Made by a program: the position numbers and the translations under genes
Origin: Candidatus Poribacteria bacterium
Lineage (GTDB): Bacteria; Poribacteria; WGA-4E; WGA-3G
DNA length: 64,000 bases
Reading direction: 5' to 3'
NCBI GenBank assembly: GCA_965205015.1
Contig: OZ242029.1
Location: 3,968,001 to 4,032,000, forward strand
Part shown: positions 9,117 through 17,632 of the stretch, piece after piece
Layout of the letters: each line of letters opens with the position of its first letter
Numbering within the stretch: position 1 is the stretch's first letter
Notes under the pieces: model-generated
What the model was told of the DNA's origin: nothing
The model's database searches: none
The model's input: only the letters and a program-made list of their open reading frames with translations

Positions 9117-10499
9117 CTACTGTAAGACTCCCATTGCATCTTGTAAACGGGTTTGCGAGATTTTGTAGGCGTAGAAGGTATTCACCTCATCCGTCAACGC
9201 TTGTGCGTAACTGGTTTGTGCATCAAGAAGTTCAAGCAGGATCGCTTTGTCAACATCAAAGCGTCCTTGAATAACGTCCAAACTGAGCCGAGCATTGATA
9301 ACCTGTGTTTTGGCGATATCAACGGCGGCTTCACTGCGCTTAAGATTTAGATACGATTGCCGGACATCTAAGGCGACGGAACGCTCCAAGTCACTCGCAT
9401 TTTCACGCGCCTGTTCTAATTGCATCGTTAGTTCCTTGACGCGATTCCCCAAAATACCGCCATCAAAAAGCGTGAAATTGAGTGACACCCCCAGACTCCA
9501 ACTTCGGAAATCAGAGAAATTCTCACGCTCACGGAGGTAATCATCAAGATTGACGTTATAGTCAGCATCGGCGTTCAGACGGGGCCACCGCTGTAATTTC
9601 GCGAGCGTTAACGACCATTCCTGTGATTTCAATTGTGCTTCCGTTTCTTTAAATTCTGGACGACTGTCAAGGGCTATCTGGATAGCTTCCTCAACGGGTA
9701 TTTCTATCGTTTCAATGGTGCCACGCTGCTGGTATGACTGATAAGACTCATCCGCCGCAACGGTAATTAAAACACCTGGATCTAAACCGAGGAGCCGGGG
9801 TAACCTGGCTTTGGCAACTTGAAGTAAATTTTGGTTATTTAGCAGTGTTAATCTGTTATTTCCTTCTCGCACCTCAGCAGTCGCTATATCTGCTGGAATG
9901 AGTGAGCCTGCCTCTACGAAATCTTTCGTTCGTTGTGTATTCTCTTGTGCCCTTGCCAAATTCTGCTCACTGACTTCGACCAGTGCTTGATACTGTAGGA
10001 CATCATAATAGGCTTCTGTGATTTGCAAAATGAGGCTCTGTTTGATCCCTTCATTGCGGCTCACAGTAGCGTTCAGTGATTCTTTTGCCTGTGCGAACCC
10101 ACCTTCGCGTTGACCATTGTCCCAAATTGTGTATTGTGCACCCAATCCTAAATTGTAGTTTTCAGGCTCGAAGCCGAAGTCGATTCGGTCAGAAAAATCG
10201 TAAGCGCCGGTCGAAAAAATCCGTGGAAAATAGTCAGCACGTGCAGTTTTTATCCGAAGTTCCTGTATAGCAAGATTCAAGCGCGCGTTTCGCATACTTG
10301 TTGATTTTTCCAAGCCTACTTGGATGCATTGTTCAAGTGTCAAAGGTTGGGTTAGGTCGACTTCGGTGGCAGGTTCCTGCGCACTCACACAAAAAACAGC
10401 TGCAAACTGAACAGCGAGAATGAATTTTAATAGCAAGTTTCGGAAACCTGTGGGTCTTGACAAAACAATGAATTTAATTTTCTCCTGAATCATTAACAT
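9117..10499 (-). CDS. TolC family outer membrane protein
   Basis: LTLEQCIQVG, ADYFP, LFDGG, LELLDAQ pattern of two OEP repeats; start position uncertain. Confidence 0.88.
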   Translation of the reverse strand: MLMIQEKIKFIVLSRPTGFRNLLLKFILAVQFAAVFCVSAQEPATEVDLTQPLTLEQCIQVGLEKSTSMRNARLNLAIQELRIKTARADYFPRIFSTGAYDFSDRIDFGFEPENYNLGLGAQYTIWDNGQREGGFAQAKESLNATVSRNEGIKQSLILQITEAYYDVLQYQALVEVSEQNLARAQENTQRTKDFVEAGSLIPADIATAEVREGNNRLTLLNNQNLLQVAKARLPRLLGLDPGVLITVAADESYQSYQQRGTIETIEIPVEEAIQIALDSRPEFKETEAQLKSQEWSLTLAKLQRWPRLNADADYNVNLDDYLRERENFSDFRSWSLGVSLNFTLFDGGILGNRVKELTMQLEQARENASDLERSVALDVRQSYLNLKRSEAAVDIAKTQVINARLSLDVIQGRFDVDKAILLELLDAQTSYAQALTDEVNTFYAYKISQTRLQDAMGVLQ

Positions 10500-10748
10500 C
10501 TCCTTGTCCGTTCCAACATTTGTAGATGCACTTCTTGGCGGACGCCTATGGTCTGAAATTTTAACCGTTGCGTTTTAACTTTCAAGACACACCAAAAAGA
10601 TCTATTTATAACATTTTGACGCAGTTTCTTGACAAAAGTTTAGACATTTTAATACCCAAAGAGGTTCTTTTTTCTTGCAATTATCCAGAATTTCTGTTAA
10701 ACTGTTACCAAATTAGAGACGCTAAAATACACATTTTGGACGAGAGAT

Positions 10749-12386
10749 ATGTCAAAACAGAAGTTCCTGTTTATTCCCATCTTTATTTGTGTCGCATCGG
10801 TTATTTTCGTATCAACACCCGAACTCTCGGCTGATTCTGGCACACATTGGTTAATTGTGGACGCAACACCGGAAGCACGGGCCCATGAAGTGCTCAACTC
10901 ACTGATTGAACTCCTAACGACCCGTGGAAAGGTACCGAGTGAGCAGATCCACCGTATTGAAGGTGACAGTGCCACCCCTGAAGAGATCCATGCCATGCTT
11001 CAGGAAATTGGGAGGCAAACAACCGTTGAGAATACTCTATTTTTTCTATATCACGGGAGGGTTACCAAGCCGAGAGGCATGAACGCTATGCATCTGCTAA
11101 CACAAGGAGATGAACAGGGGATTCAAGATGCCACCCTCAACGATTGGTTCAGAGAGGGAGAAAGAAAGGACACCATTGTTATTGTCGATGGTTACACGGA
11201 GGATACGAACCTAAACGCCTACTACGCCAACCGCGAGACACTTGGCACTGCTGCGCTCAACTCAATTCAATCGGCGGGGAAAGCAAACACAACAACCCTC
11301 CTTCAGCAACTCCATGACACGCTCACCGTAGATACAACCGATACGGACGACAATCGACAACTCAGCATTATAGAAAGTTACGAATTGTTGCGGGACCATC
11401 CCGATTTTATGGACGGAATTCTTGCACCAACGGGTGATGTTGAAGTGGCACTTCTCAAACTCAGCCCTGCGCTTAAGATCACAACATTTCCCGAAGGCGC
11501 GGATATCTCCATCAACGACGTAGAGGTCGGAATCACACCAAAACTCATCACAGAAAATCTGCAACAAGGCACCTCCACTGTAACCGTGAAGAAAGCCGGA
11601 TACGTCATTCCATCGCCTAAAACCGTTGAACTGCAATTAGAACTTGGAGAATCCGCCCATGTTGCTTGGGCACTTGAGCCTATTACTATTCACGGGACCG
11701 TTATGGGCGTTTCGGATGAATCCCCTGCTGGCGCTATAGTTTGGATTGATGGAACGGCGCATCAACGGATCGTGGAAGCGGATGGAATCTACCGTTTCGA
11801 TGAATGGAAGGATTCAGATTTATTGAGTCTCGGTGAAACTTATACCCTCTATGTGAAACAGGGGGACCTGAATTACGGTTCTGCCACTTTCACATTTGAC
11901 GGCTATACCGATATAACACAACCCCTGCAGCTTGTGAAGCGAACCTGGTTTGAAGTGGCACAAATCGAATTCGACAGGCATAACCATCAAGGGGCTGTCA
12001 CTGCGTTTCAGAACGGGATTGAACGCACAAGCGATTTCCCACAAATGTCCCCCGATTTAACAGTCTTACTCCTCAGCTCCTTCGCTGACGCTGTAGAGAA
12101 ACAAGACGTTCAGGATGTCACCTATCTCGTCGTTACAGCAAAACTTGCCGACCAGCACGGTCAGCCCGAGCTTGCCAAAAAGTATTGGGAAGAGGTGAAA
12201 ACAAAAGCAGAAAAGGGGAGTCCTGCCGCTAAACTCGCAAGCCAGCGGCTGTGGCAGCTGAACCGTGGACGTTATCTCATGAATATCGGCTTAATTGTGT
12301 TGCTGGTCGTTCTATTGGCATCAGGGGTATGGACGTTCTTTAGATTCCGAAAATCCAAGCGCGCTGTTTCGAAATCTCATGAGTAG
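10749..12386 (+). CDS. Secreted/membrane-anchored protein: degenerate caspase-like domain, PEGA domain, beta-sandwich, TPR-like helix, C-terminal TM
   Basis: Signal peptide; ITTFPEGADISIND..VGITP (PEGA); C-terminal hydrophobic helix with basic tail. Confidence 0.6.
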   Translation: MSKQKFLFIPIFICVASVIFVSTPELSADSGTHWLIVDATPEARAHEVLNSLIELLTTRGKVPSEQIHRIEGDSATPEEIHAMLQEIGRQTTVENTLFFLYHGRVTKPRGMNAMHLLTQGDEQGIQDATLNDWFREGERKDTIVIVDGYTEDTNLNAYYANRETLGTAALNSIQSAGKANTTTLLQQLHDTLTVDTTDTDDNRQLSIIESYELLRDHPDFMDGILAPTGDVEVALLKLSPALKITTFPEGADISINDVEVGITPKLITENLQQGTSTVTVKKAGYVIPSPKTVELQLELGESAHVAWALEPITIHGTVMGVSDESPAGAIVWIDGTAHQRIVEADGIYRFDEWKDSDLLSLGETYTLYVKQGDLNYGSATFTFDGYTDITQPLQLVKRTWFEVAQIEFDRHNHQGAVTAFQNGIERTSDFPQMSPDLTVLLLSSFADAVEKQDVQDVTYLVVTAKLADQHGQPELAKKYWEEVKTKAEKGSPAAKLASQRLWQLNRGRYLMNIGLIVLLVVLLASGVWTFFRFRKSKRAVSKSHE

Positions 12387-12414
12387 TAGTCTATCCAGTC
12401 TAAACGAAGGGGCG

Positions 12415-12555
12415 GTTCGTAGTGGCGCAATAGCGCAAGTCGCGTGTGGACTTGCGGTTAACCATCAACTCGCCTCCGATACAATATTCAAAGGAAACCC
12501 GAGTTGAGGGTTAAAATGCGGTATGGGAGAGGCGATGAATCGCCTCACTACGAAC
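12415..12555. repeat. Composite REP/REPIN-like element: inverted GTAG palindromes enclosing further hairpins
   Basis: GTTCGTAGTGGCGC at 12415 and inverted GAGGCGATGAATCGCCTCACTACGAAC at 12529-12555; internal CGCAAGTC/GACTTGCG and TCAACTCG/CGAGTTGA stems. Confidence 0.7.
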
Positions 12556-12589
12556 GGGGTTTACCTTTCATTTGAGAGTTGACAAAGCA

Positions 12590-13378
12590 TTAGGTGTGTG
12601 CTTGCAAACGCGCAAGTTGCTCCCGGAGGCGTTCAATTTCTTCCTCGGCTTTCTGTCGCGCAAGGGCTTCTTGTTCGGCGCGTGCCTCTGCGTTTTCGGC
12701 GCGTGCCTCTGCGTTTTCGGCGCGTGCGATCTCCTCCTGTCGCGCAAGGGTTTCTTGTTCGGCGCGTGTGGCGTGCTGCTCCTCCAGGGTTTGGAGCCAC
12801 CCCTCGCCGACCGGGTCGTAAACCCTTAAACGCCCATCTTGTATATGGAAATCTAAGTCGAGGACATCTGAATGAATCTCGCCATCAACCCCCGGTGGAA
12901 TCGGCACATAAACACCATCTACCAACTGAAATCCCATCAGGGGCGACGGTAGATAGAGGGCCTCGGCATCGTAGAGGAGGTAGTTGGGTATGTTAAGCCC
13001 GGCGTAGGTCTCCATCTTGTCTGTGAGATCGTTTTGATAGGTGGTTTTGCTTGAAAACTCCATGACGAAATCGGGTGCCTTCCCTTCCTCCCATACCTTG
13101 TAAGTGTGGCGCAACTTTTGCCCTATGCCAAAAGTGACAAGGACATCTGGGGCAACGACTGCACGTGGGTTTCCCTCCACGTAGTAGGTCAGAATATCGC
13201 CAGAGACATAGACATCGGACGTTTGCGCGAAATGTGCCTTCAGGGTCTGCAAAAGCCAGATAAGGATTTCAAGATGGAGGTCGCTAGCTGCCATAGGTTC
13301 ACCGTCGGTATCAGGATAAATGTCTGTTGCGTCTGGGGGCGCGTGAGGAATGTTAAGCCGATTTGTGTAAGTATTCAT
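12590..13378 (-). CDS. Uma2 (DUF820) family putative endonuclease with repetitive coiled-coil tail
   Basis: YPDTDGEPMA, APDV, YKVWEEGKAPDFVMEFSS; ATG at 13378 with AAAGGAGA RBS; ARAENAE repeats. Confidence 0.88.
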   Translation of the reverse strand: MNTYTNRLNIPHAPPDATDIYPDTDGEPMAASDLHLEILIWLLQTLKAHFAQTSDVYVSGDILTYYVEGNPRAVVAPDVLVTFGIGQKLRHTYKVWEEGKAPDFVMEFSSKTTYQNDLTDKMETYAGLNIPNYLLYDAEALYLPSPLMGFQLVDGVYVPIPPGVDGEIHSDVLDLDFHIQDGRLRVYDPVGEGWLQTLEEQHATRAEQETLARQEEIARAENAEARAENAEARAEQEALARQKAEEEIERLREQLARLQAHT

Positions 13379-13475
13379 CGGTGTTTCTCCTTTGCCGTGG
13401 GACATGTGAAAAAATATCGTAACGTCTAATGCTTGTGAGAACATGTGTAGAAGAATCGTCCCTTCACTATGGGCA

Positions 13476-14588
13476 TTATATCGTTGTTTGTAGGAGATTG
13501 TCAACCTTTTTGGCGGGGCTGTTTTCAGCGAAAAGCGCTTCCAATACGACCGTCGCATACCCACCCGCAGGCAGCGTAAAACTGAGACGGACTCCCCCAC
13601 CATTGACAGCAGACACCGCATGCAATTGCATCGGCATCCGTAGCGGTCTACGCGTCCCCGGTAAACGGATACCGACTACCTTACGAAAGGCTTCAAATCG
13701 AACCGCTTCATCCGCAAGGAGCGATGTCTCCAGCGCGAGCACGTCGCCAGTTGGCAGCCGCATCTTATATCCGAAAATCGGACCGGAAGGACTAATTTCA
13801 AAGGCATCTGCGCGGGGTTGCTCAGCGGTAGCATCCACAACGAGAAAAGGTGCGCCGTTCTCATGTTTTATAGCAATATCTCCACCAAGAAGTTCCCTCA
13901 GACACGGGGTTCGCATTTCTAAGACGCGGTTGAACAGGAATGCCTGATACGCCGACAAAAACAACTTACGCAGCCGATGTGGAATACACATGACGGCTTT
14001 TTCCGGGGACTTCTTCGCTAATTCCCGTTGCAGACGGCGTGCGGTATCATCGACCTGTCGCGCGTCATCCGTGAGCATGTAACGCACCACTGCATCCCAA
14101 TCCGCCTTTACGAGTGCCTTGCCAATCAGGTGTGAATCGTTTTTATTGCCAAACCGTTGTGCCCCAAAGCGATTCGGCACGCCTTCGGTTGCCAACCGCT
14201 TCATCGTGGATTCGATGAGAGGTAGTGCATCGTGCGGAATATCGCGGAGGGTTATCTGAAACCGGTTGCCCCGAAGGTGTCCTACCCGTAATTTATGTGG
14301 ATGCCGTTTCGCCCAAAGAACCTCAATATCGGGTTGTTCAATCTGCAAGACCTGCTCTGGTGAGATCCCTTCGACAGATAGGACTTGTGTCGTGACGGCG
14401 TTCTTATCCTTCAAACCGGCGTAACCGAGCTTCCCGGTCTGTACCTGTAAATCCCGTGCAATTCGGTGAATCGCCTCCAAGGTGCTGAGATTCCGTTTCC
14501 GAATAGCGAAAAAGGTATGCGTTCCTGTCCGGGTAGGTTCGTAGAGCGGTAGTTCCTCGACAATAAAATCTTCAGGTGCTTTAATCAT
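13476..14588 (-). CDS. truD: tRNA pseudouridine(13) synthase TruD
   Basis: PEDFIVEE, YAGLKDKNAVTTQ, LRGNRF, PNRFGAQRFG, FTLPAGGYAT. Confidence 0.93.
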   Translation of the reverse strand: MIKAPEDFIVEELPLYEPTRTGTHTFFAIRKRNLSTLEAIHRIARDLQVQTGKLGYAGLKDKNAVTTQVLSVEGISPEQVLQIEQPDIEVLWAKRHPHKLRVGHLRGNRFQITLRDIPHDALPLIESTMKRLATEGVPNRFGAQRFGNKNDSHLIGKALVKADWDAVVRYMLTDDARQVDDTARRLQRELAKKSPEKAVMCIPHRLRKLFLSAYQAFLFNRVLEMRTPCLRELLGGDIAIKHENGAPFLVVDATAEQPRADAFEISPSGPIFGYKMRLPTGDVLALETSLLADEAVRFEAFRKVVGIRLPGTRRPLRMPMQLHAVSAVNGGGVRLSFTLPAGGYATVVLEALFAENSPAKKVDNLLQTTI

Positions 14589-14608
14589 TTTTTAATTTTA
14601 CCTTGCGG
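14589..14608. repeat. Dispersed repeat TTTTTAATTTTACCTTGCGG (copy 1)
   Basis: Identical 20-mer at 51809-51828; 15-nt inverted copy at 43378-43392. Confidence 0.8.
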
Positions 14609-14774
14609 ATAAGTTTCGTCATCTGTTATTGGAGAGTTTTTGATTTTGAGTCGCACTCCATTTCATTTCGTGCTTGGTTTTTGATGTTATGAACTTTGAT
14701 GGTTCCTTAGTCTCTATCCCATTATAATCATCATTGGTCTATTTGTCAAACGTGTGGAAAACGGAAATATTTCC

Positions 14775-14803
14775 TTGCCACAGGTGCTTAATTGTGGTAT
14801 ACT
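14775..14803 (+). promoter_or_regulatory. sigma70 promoter of the ferredoxin-fusion/bioA unit
   Basis: TTGCCA-17-TATACT with extended TG; AAGGAGG RBS downstream. Confidence 0.6.
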
Positions 14804-14830
14804 TAACAGTGAAGCACCAAAAAGGAGGGA

Positions 14831-16093
14831 ATGATGGCTTACATAATTTGCGAACCGTGTGTCGATGTAATGGACACAGCGTGCGTTGATGTCTGTCCGG
14901 TCGATTGTATACACACCACCGAAGGCGAAAATCAACTTTACATTAACCCGGATGAATGTATCGACTGCGCGGCATGCGAACCTGCGTGTCCGGTTGACGC
15001 GATCTCTATGCAAAGTGATGTGCCCAGCGAATGGGAACCGTATATTGAGATAAACCGTAAATTTTTTGAGACCTTCGTTAAACCTGAAACGGCGGACGAA
15101 GGAGCTGACGAAACCGGAAAAACCAAGCAAGGAAAGCAACAGGGTATACCTGAAGAGTTCGTGCAAATACCAGAGGTCCCAGATTCAAGACTTCGCGCAC
15201 CCTACAATATCTTAACGCTGCTTCTACAACCGCTGCTCGGTGCCTTTTCAGCGAGATTTAAAGCACGGCTTGAGGAGATGGCTGGGAATACACTTGTCTT
15301 TAGTTCTGCGGTATCAACAGGTATCAATAGTCTTATCAATTTGACGCTCTATCCGCTGATCCTCTTTTTCGTCGGCGTCAAAGGGCAAAGTGCCAACCTT
15401 TTTACGAGTGAAGGCAACCTGATGATTTTCTTGGGGATTATCATCGCTATTTCTGAAGGTATTTATCGGTTTAAGGACGAGTTCAATTCCACAGTTGAAC
15501 ACCCGCGTTACGGTGCGGCTTTCTATGGATGGTTCCCGTCGCTTATTGCAACCCCACTCCTGAGTGGCTTACGTTCAGCACTCACCGTTCAGCGAGAAGA
15601 GGAACGCACAACAATGCCCGGATCGGTCCTCACAGATGGTGAGATCTATTCTGACGACCTACGGGAACGTTACAGACGCTACGGTATGGTAAATCGCGTT
15701 ACAGAACTGACGAACCACTACGAGGTCGAAATCGAATTTCCGAGGTGGGTTCCAAATTCGGTCGCCAAAGAAGAGCATGAACTCCCTGATAGAATGCCGG
15801 ATTACGCCTATGAAATCCAACTCAGTTCGCCGTATGTCCCCGGTGAACCCCCCGCGCCTGAAAGCGTCTTAACTGTTCAGACACAATTAGATGATCCAAG
15901 GTTTGCTTCTGTTGTCGGTCGCACCAGTTCATTCCCGAACGGTTTCACAAATATCATGCCCATCTCCGGACAGCCGGAAGATTTTCAGGCGACGTATCGG
16001 AATAAGGTGTTGACGATTATCGTCTCCAAAAGCGGCACCTGTGAATCGCTCGGACTTGAACCCATAGCGCATTATGCCAAACTGAAGGGATAG
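14831..16093 (+). CDS. Dicluster ferredoxin fused to a membrane domain and a C-terminal Hsp20-like domain
   Basis: CEPCVDVMDTACVDVCPVDC ... CIDCAACEPACP; two hydrophobic helices; alpha-crystallin-like C-terminus. Confidence 0.7.
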   Translation: MMAYIICEPCVDVMDTACVDVCPVDCIHTTEGENQLYINPDECIDCAACEPACPVDAISMQSDVPSEWEPYIEINRKFFETFVKPETADEGADETGKTKQGKQQGIPEEFVQIPEVPDSRLRAPYNILTLLLQPLLGAFSARFKARLEEMAGNTLVFSSAVSTGINSLINLTLYPLILFFVGVKGQSANLFTSEGNLMIFLGIIIAISEGIYRFKDEFNSTVEHPRYGAAFYGWFPSLIATPLLSGLRSALTVQREEERTTMPGSVLTDGEIYSDDLRERYRRYGMVNRVTELTNHYEVEIEFPRWVPNSVAKEEHELPDRMPDYAYEIQLSSPYVPGEPPAPESVLTVQTQLDDPRFASVVGRTSSFPNGFTNIMPISGQPEDFQATYRNKVLTIIVSKSGTCESLGLEPIAHYAKLKG

Positions 16094-16114
16094 CGAAACT
16101 TGCAGTTATGAGCC

Positions 16115-17473
16115 ATGGTTGATAAAGAAACGCTTGTCGAGTGGGATAAGCGTTACCTCTGGCATCCGTTCACACAAATGCAGGACTGGCTGGCGGAGGC
16201 GCCGGTCATCATTGAAAGAGGTGAAGGATGTTACCTCATCGATATTGCCGGAAATCGGTATATTGATGGGATCGCTTCCATGTGGACAAACGTTCATGGG
16301 CATAATCATCCAGCGCTGAACGCTGCGCTCAAGACGCAGATAGAAAAGATCGCCCACACGACCCTGCTTGGATACAGTAATATCCCGGCGATCCAGCTTG
16401 CCAAAAAACTGGTAGAACTTACACCGGTTGGATTGAACAAGGTGTTTTACTCCGACAACGGTTCAACGGCTGTTGAAGTTGCCCTGAAAATAGCGTATCA
16501 GTACTGGCAACACAAGGAAGAACCGCAACGGAAGTTGTTTATCCATTTTGATAATGCATACCACGGGGACACGATCGGTGCGATGAGTGTCGGGGGTATT
16601 GATAGTTTCCACGTTACCTTTGATTCCCTCCTTTTCAAAGGGATCCGCGTGTCCGTTCCTGAAGCCTATCCCCCTCCTCACGCTGATGCGTCTGGGGTTA
16701 AAACACGTTGGCTCCATGCCGTGGAACGCGCGCTGTGTGAACATGAAGGGCAAATCGCAGGTATTATCTTAGAACCGCTCATTCAGGGCGCGGGCGGCAT
16801 GCTTATCGCTCCGAAAGGGTTTCTAAAGGAACTTGCCGCATTAGCAAAACGATGGGAAACACTTCTTATTGTTGATGAAGTGATGACTGGGTTTGGACGG
16901 ACGGGCAAAATGTGGGCGTGCGAACACGAGGACGTTACACCCGACCTCTTCTGTATAGCCAAAGGACTCGCAGGCGGTTATCTCCCACTCGCGGCGACGT
17001 TAACCACCGACGAAATCTATAACGCCTTCCTGGGTGAATACCGGGACCTCAAGACCTTCTTCCACGGACACACCTTCACTGGAAACCCATTAGCATGCGC
17101 AGTCGCATTGGAAAATATCGCTATTTTCGAGCGTGAAAATCTCCTTTCCCACCTCCAATCTACTATTGCACACTTCAGCAATCGGCTTCAGGAATTCTAT
17201 AGACTGCCACATGTCGGTGATGTCCGAGTCTGTGGCTTTGCCGCCGGTGTAGAATTAATGAAAAACTCGGATACCTATATGCCTTATCCTTTTGAAGAGA
17301 AGATAGGGATCCGAGTGTGTAAAGAGGCACTCACCCGTGGGGCGATCCTTCGACCGCTTGTTAACACTATCGTTCTGATGCCCCCGCTACAGATCTCGAT
17401 TTCAGAGTTAGACGCGCTACTGGACATCGTTTATGCCTCAATCGAGATCGTTACAAACGGATACACCGATTGA
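16115..17473 (+). CDS. bioA: Adenosylmethionine--8-amino-7-oxononanoate transaminase
   Basis: LWHPFTQM, SDNGSTAVEVALK, YHGDT, DEVMTGFGRTG, AKGLAGGYLP, FFHGHTFTGNP. Confidence 0.93.
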   Translation: MVDKETLVEWDKRYLWHPFTQMQDWLAEAPVIIERGEGCYLIDIAGNRYIDGIASMWTNVHGHNHPALNAALKTQIEKIAHTTLLGYSNIPAIQLAKKLVELTPVGLNKVFYSDNGSTAVEVALKIAYQYWQHKEEPQRKLFIHFDNAYHGDTIGAMSVGGIDSFHVTFDSLLFKGIRVSVPEAYPPPHADASGVKTRWLHAVERALCEHEGQIAGIILEPLIQGAGGMLIAPKGFLKELAALAKRWETLLIVDEVMTGFGRTGKMWACEHEDVTPDLFCIAKGLAGGYLPLAATLTTDEIYNAFLGEYRDLKTFFHGHTFTGNPLACAVALENIAIFERENLLSHLQSTIAHFSNRLQEFYRLPHVGDVRVCGFAAGVELMKNSDTYMPYPFEEKIGIRVCKEALTRGAILRPLVNTIVLMPPLQISISELDALLDIVYASIEIVTNGYTD

Positions 17474-17499
17474 AAGAAACTGTCATCTATGAAAACGGA

Positions 17500-17568
17500 C
17501 GGGGTTAGAAACCTCGCCAGCGGTGGGAATGGGTGTAGGGTAGAAGACCGTCGAGGTTAGAAACCTCG
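17500..17568. repeat. Two copies of the GAGGTTAGAAACCTCG palindrome family
   Basis: 17500-17523 and 17552-17568; related inverted copy at 29291-29317. Confidence 0.75.
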
Positions 17569-17586
17569 TCTACTGAGGATAGGTGT

Positions 17587-17618
17587 AAAAAAAATAGGGC
17601 GGGTTTAAAACCCGCCCT
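17587..17618 (-). terminator. Rho-independent terminator
   Basis: AGGGCGGGTTT/AAACCCGCCCT stem preceded by an A-run (U-tract on the minus strand). Confidence 0.8.
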
Positions 17619-17632
17619 GAATCTAAAATCGG

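Noticed and set aside
13379-13621. N-terminal extension of the Uma2 ORF in the ORF track
   Set aside because: It overlaps truD; a strong RBS precedes the ATG at 13378
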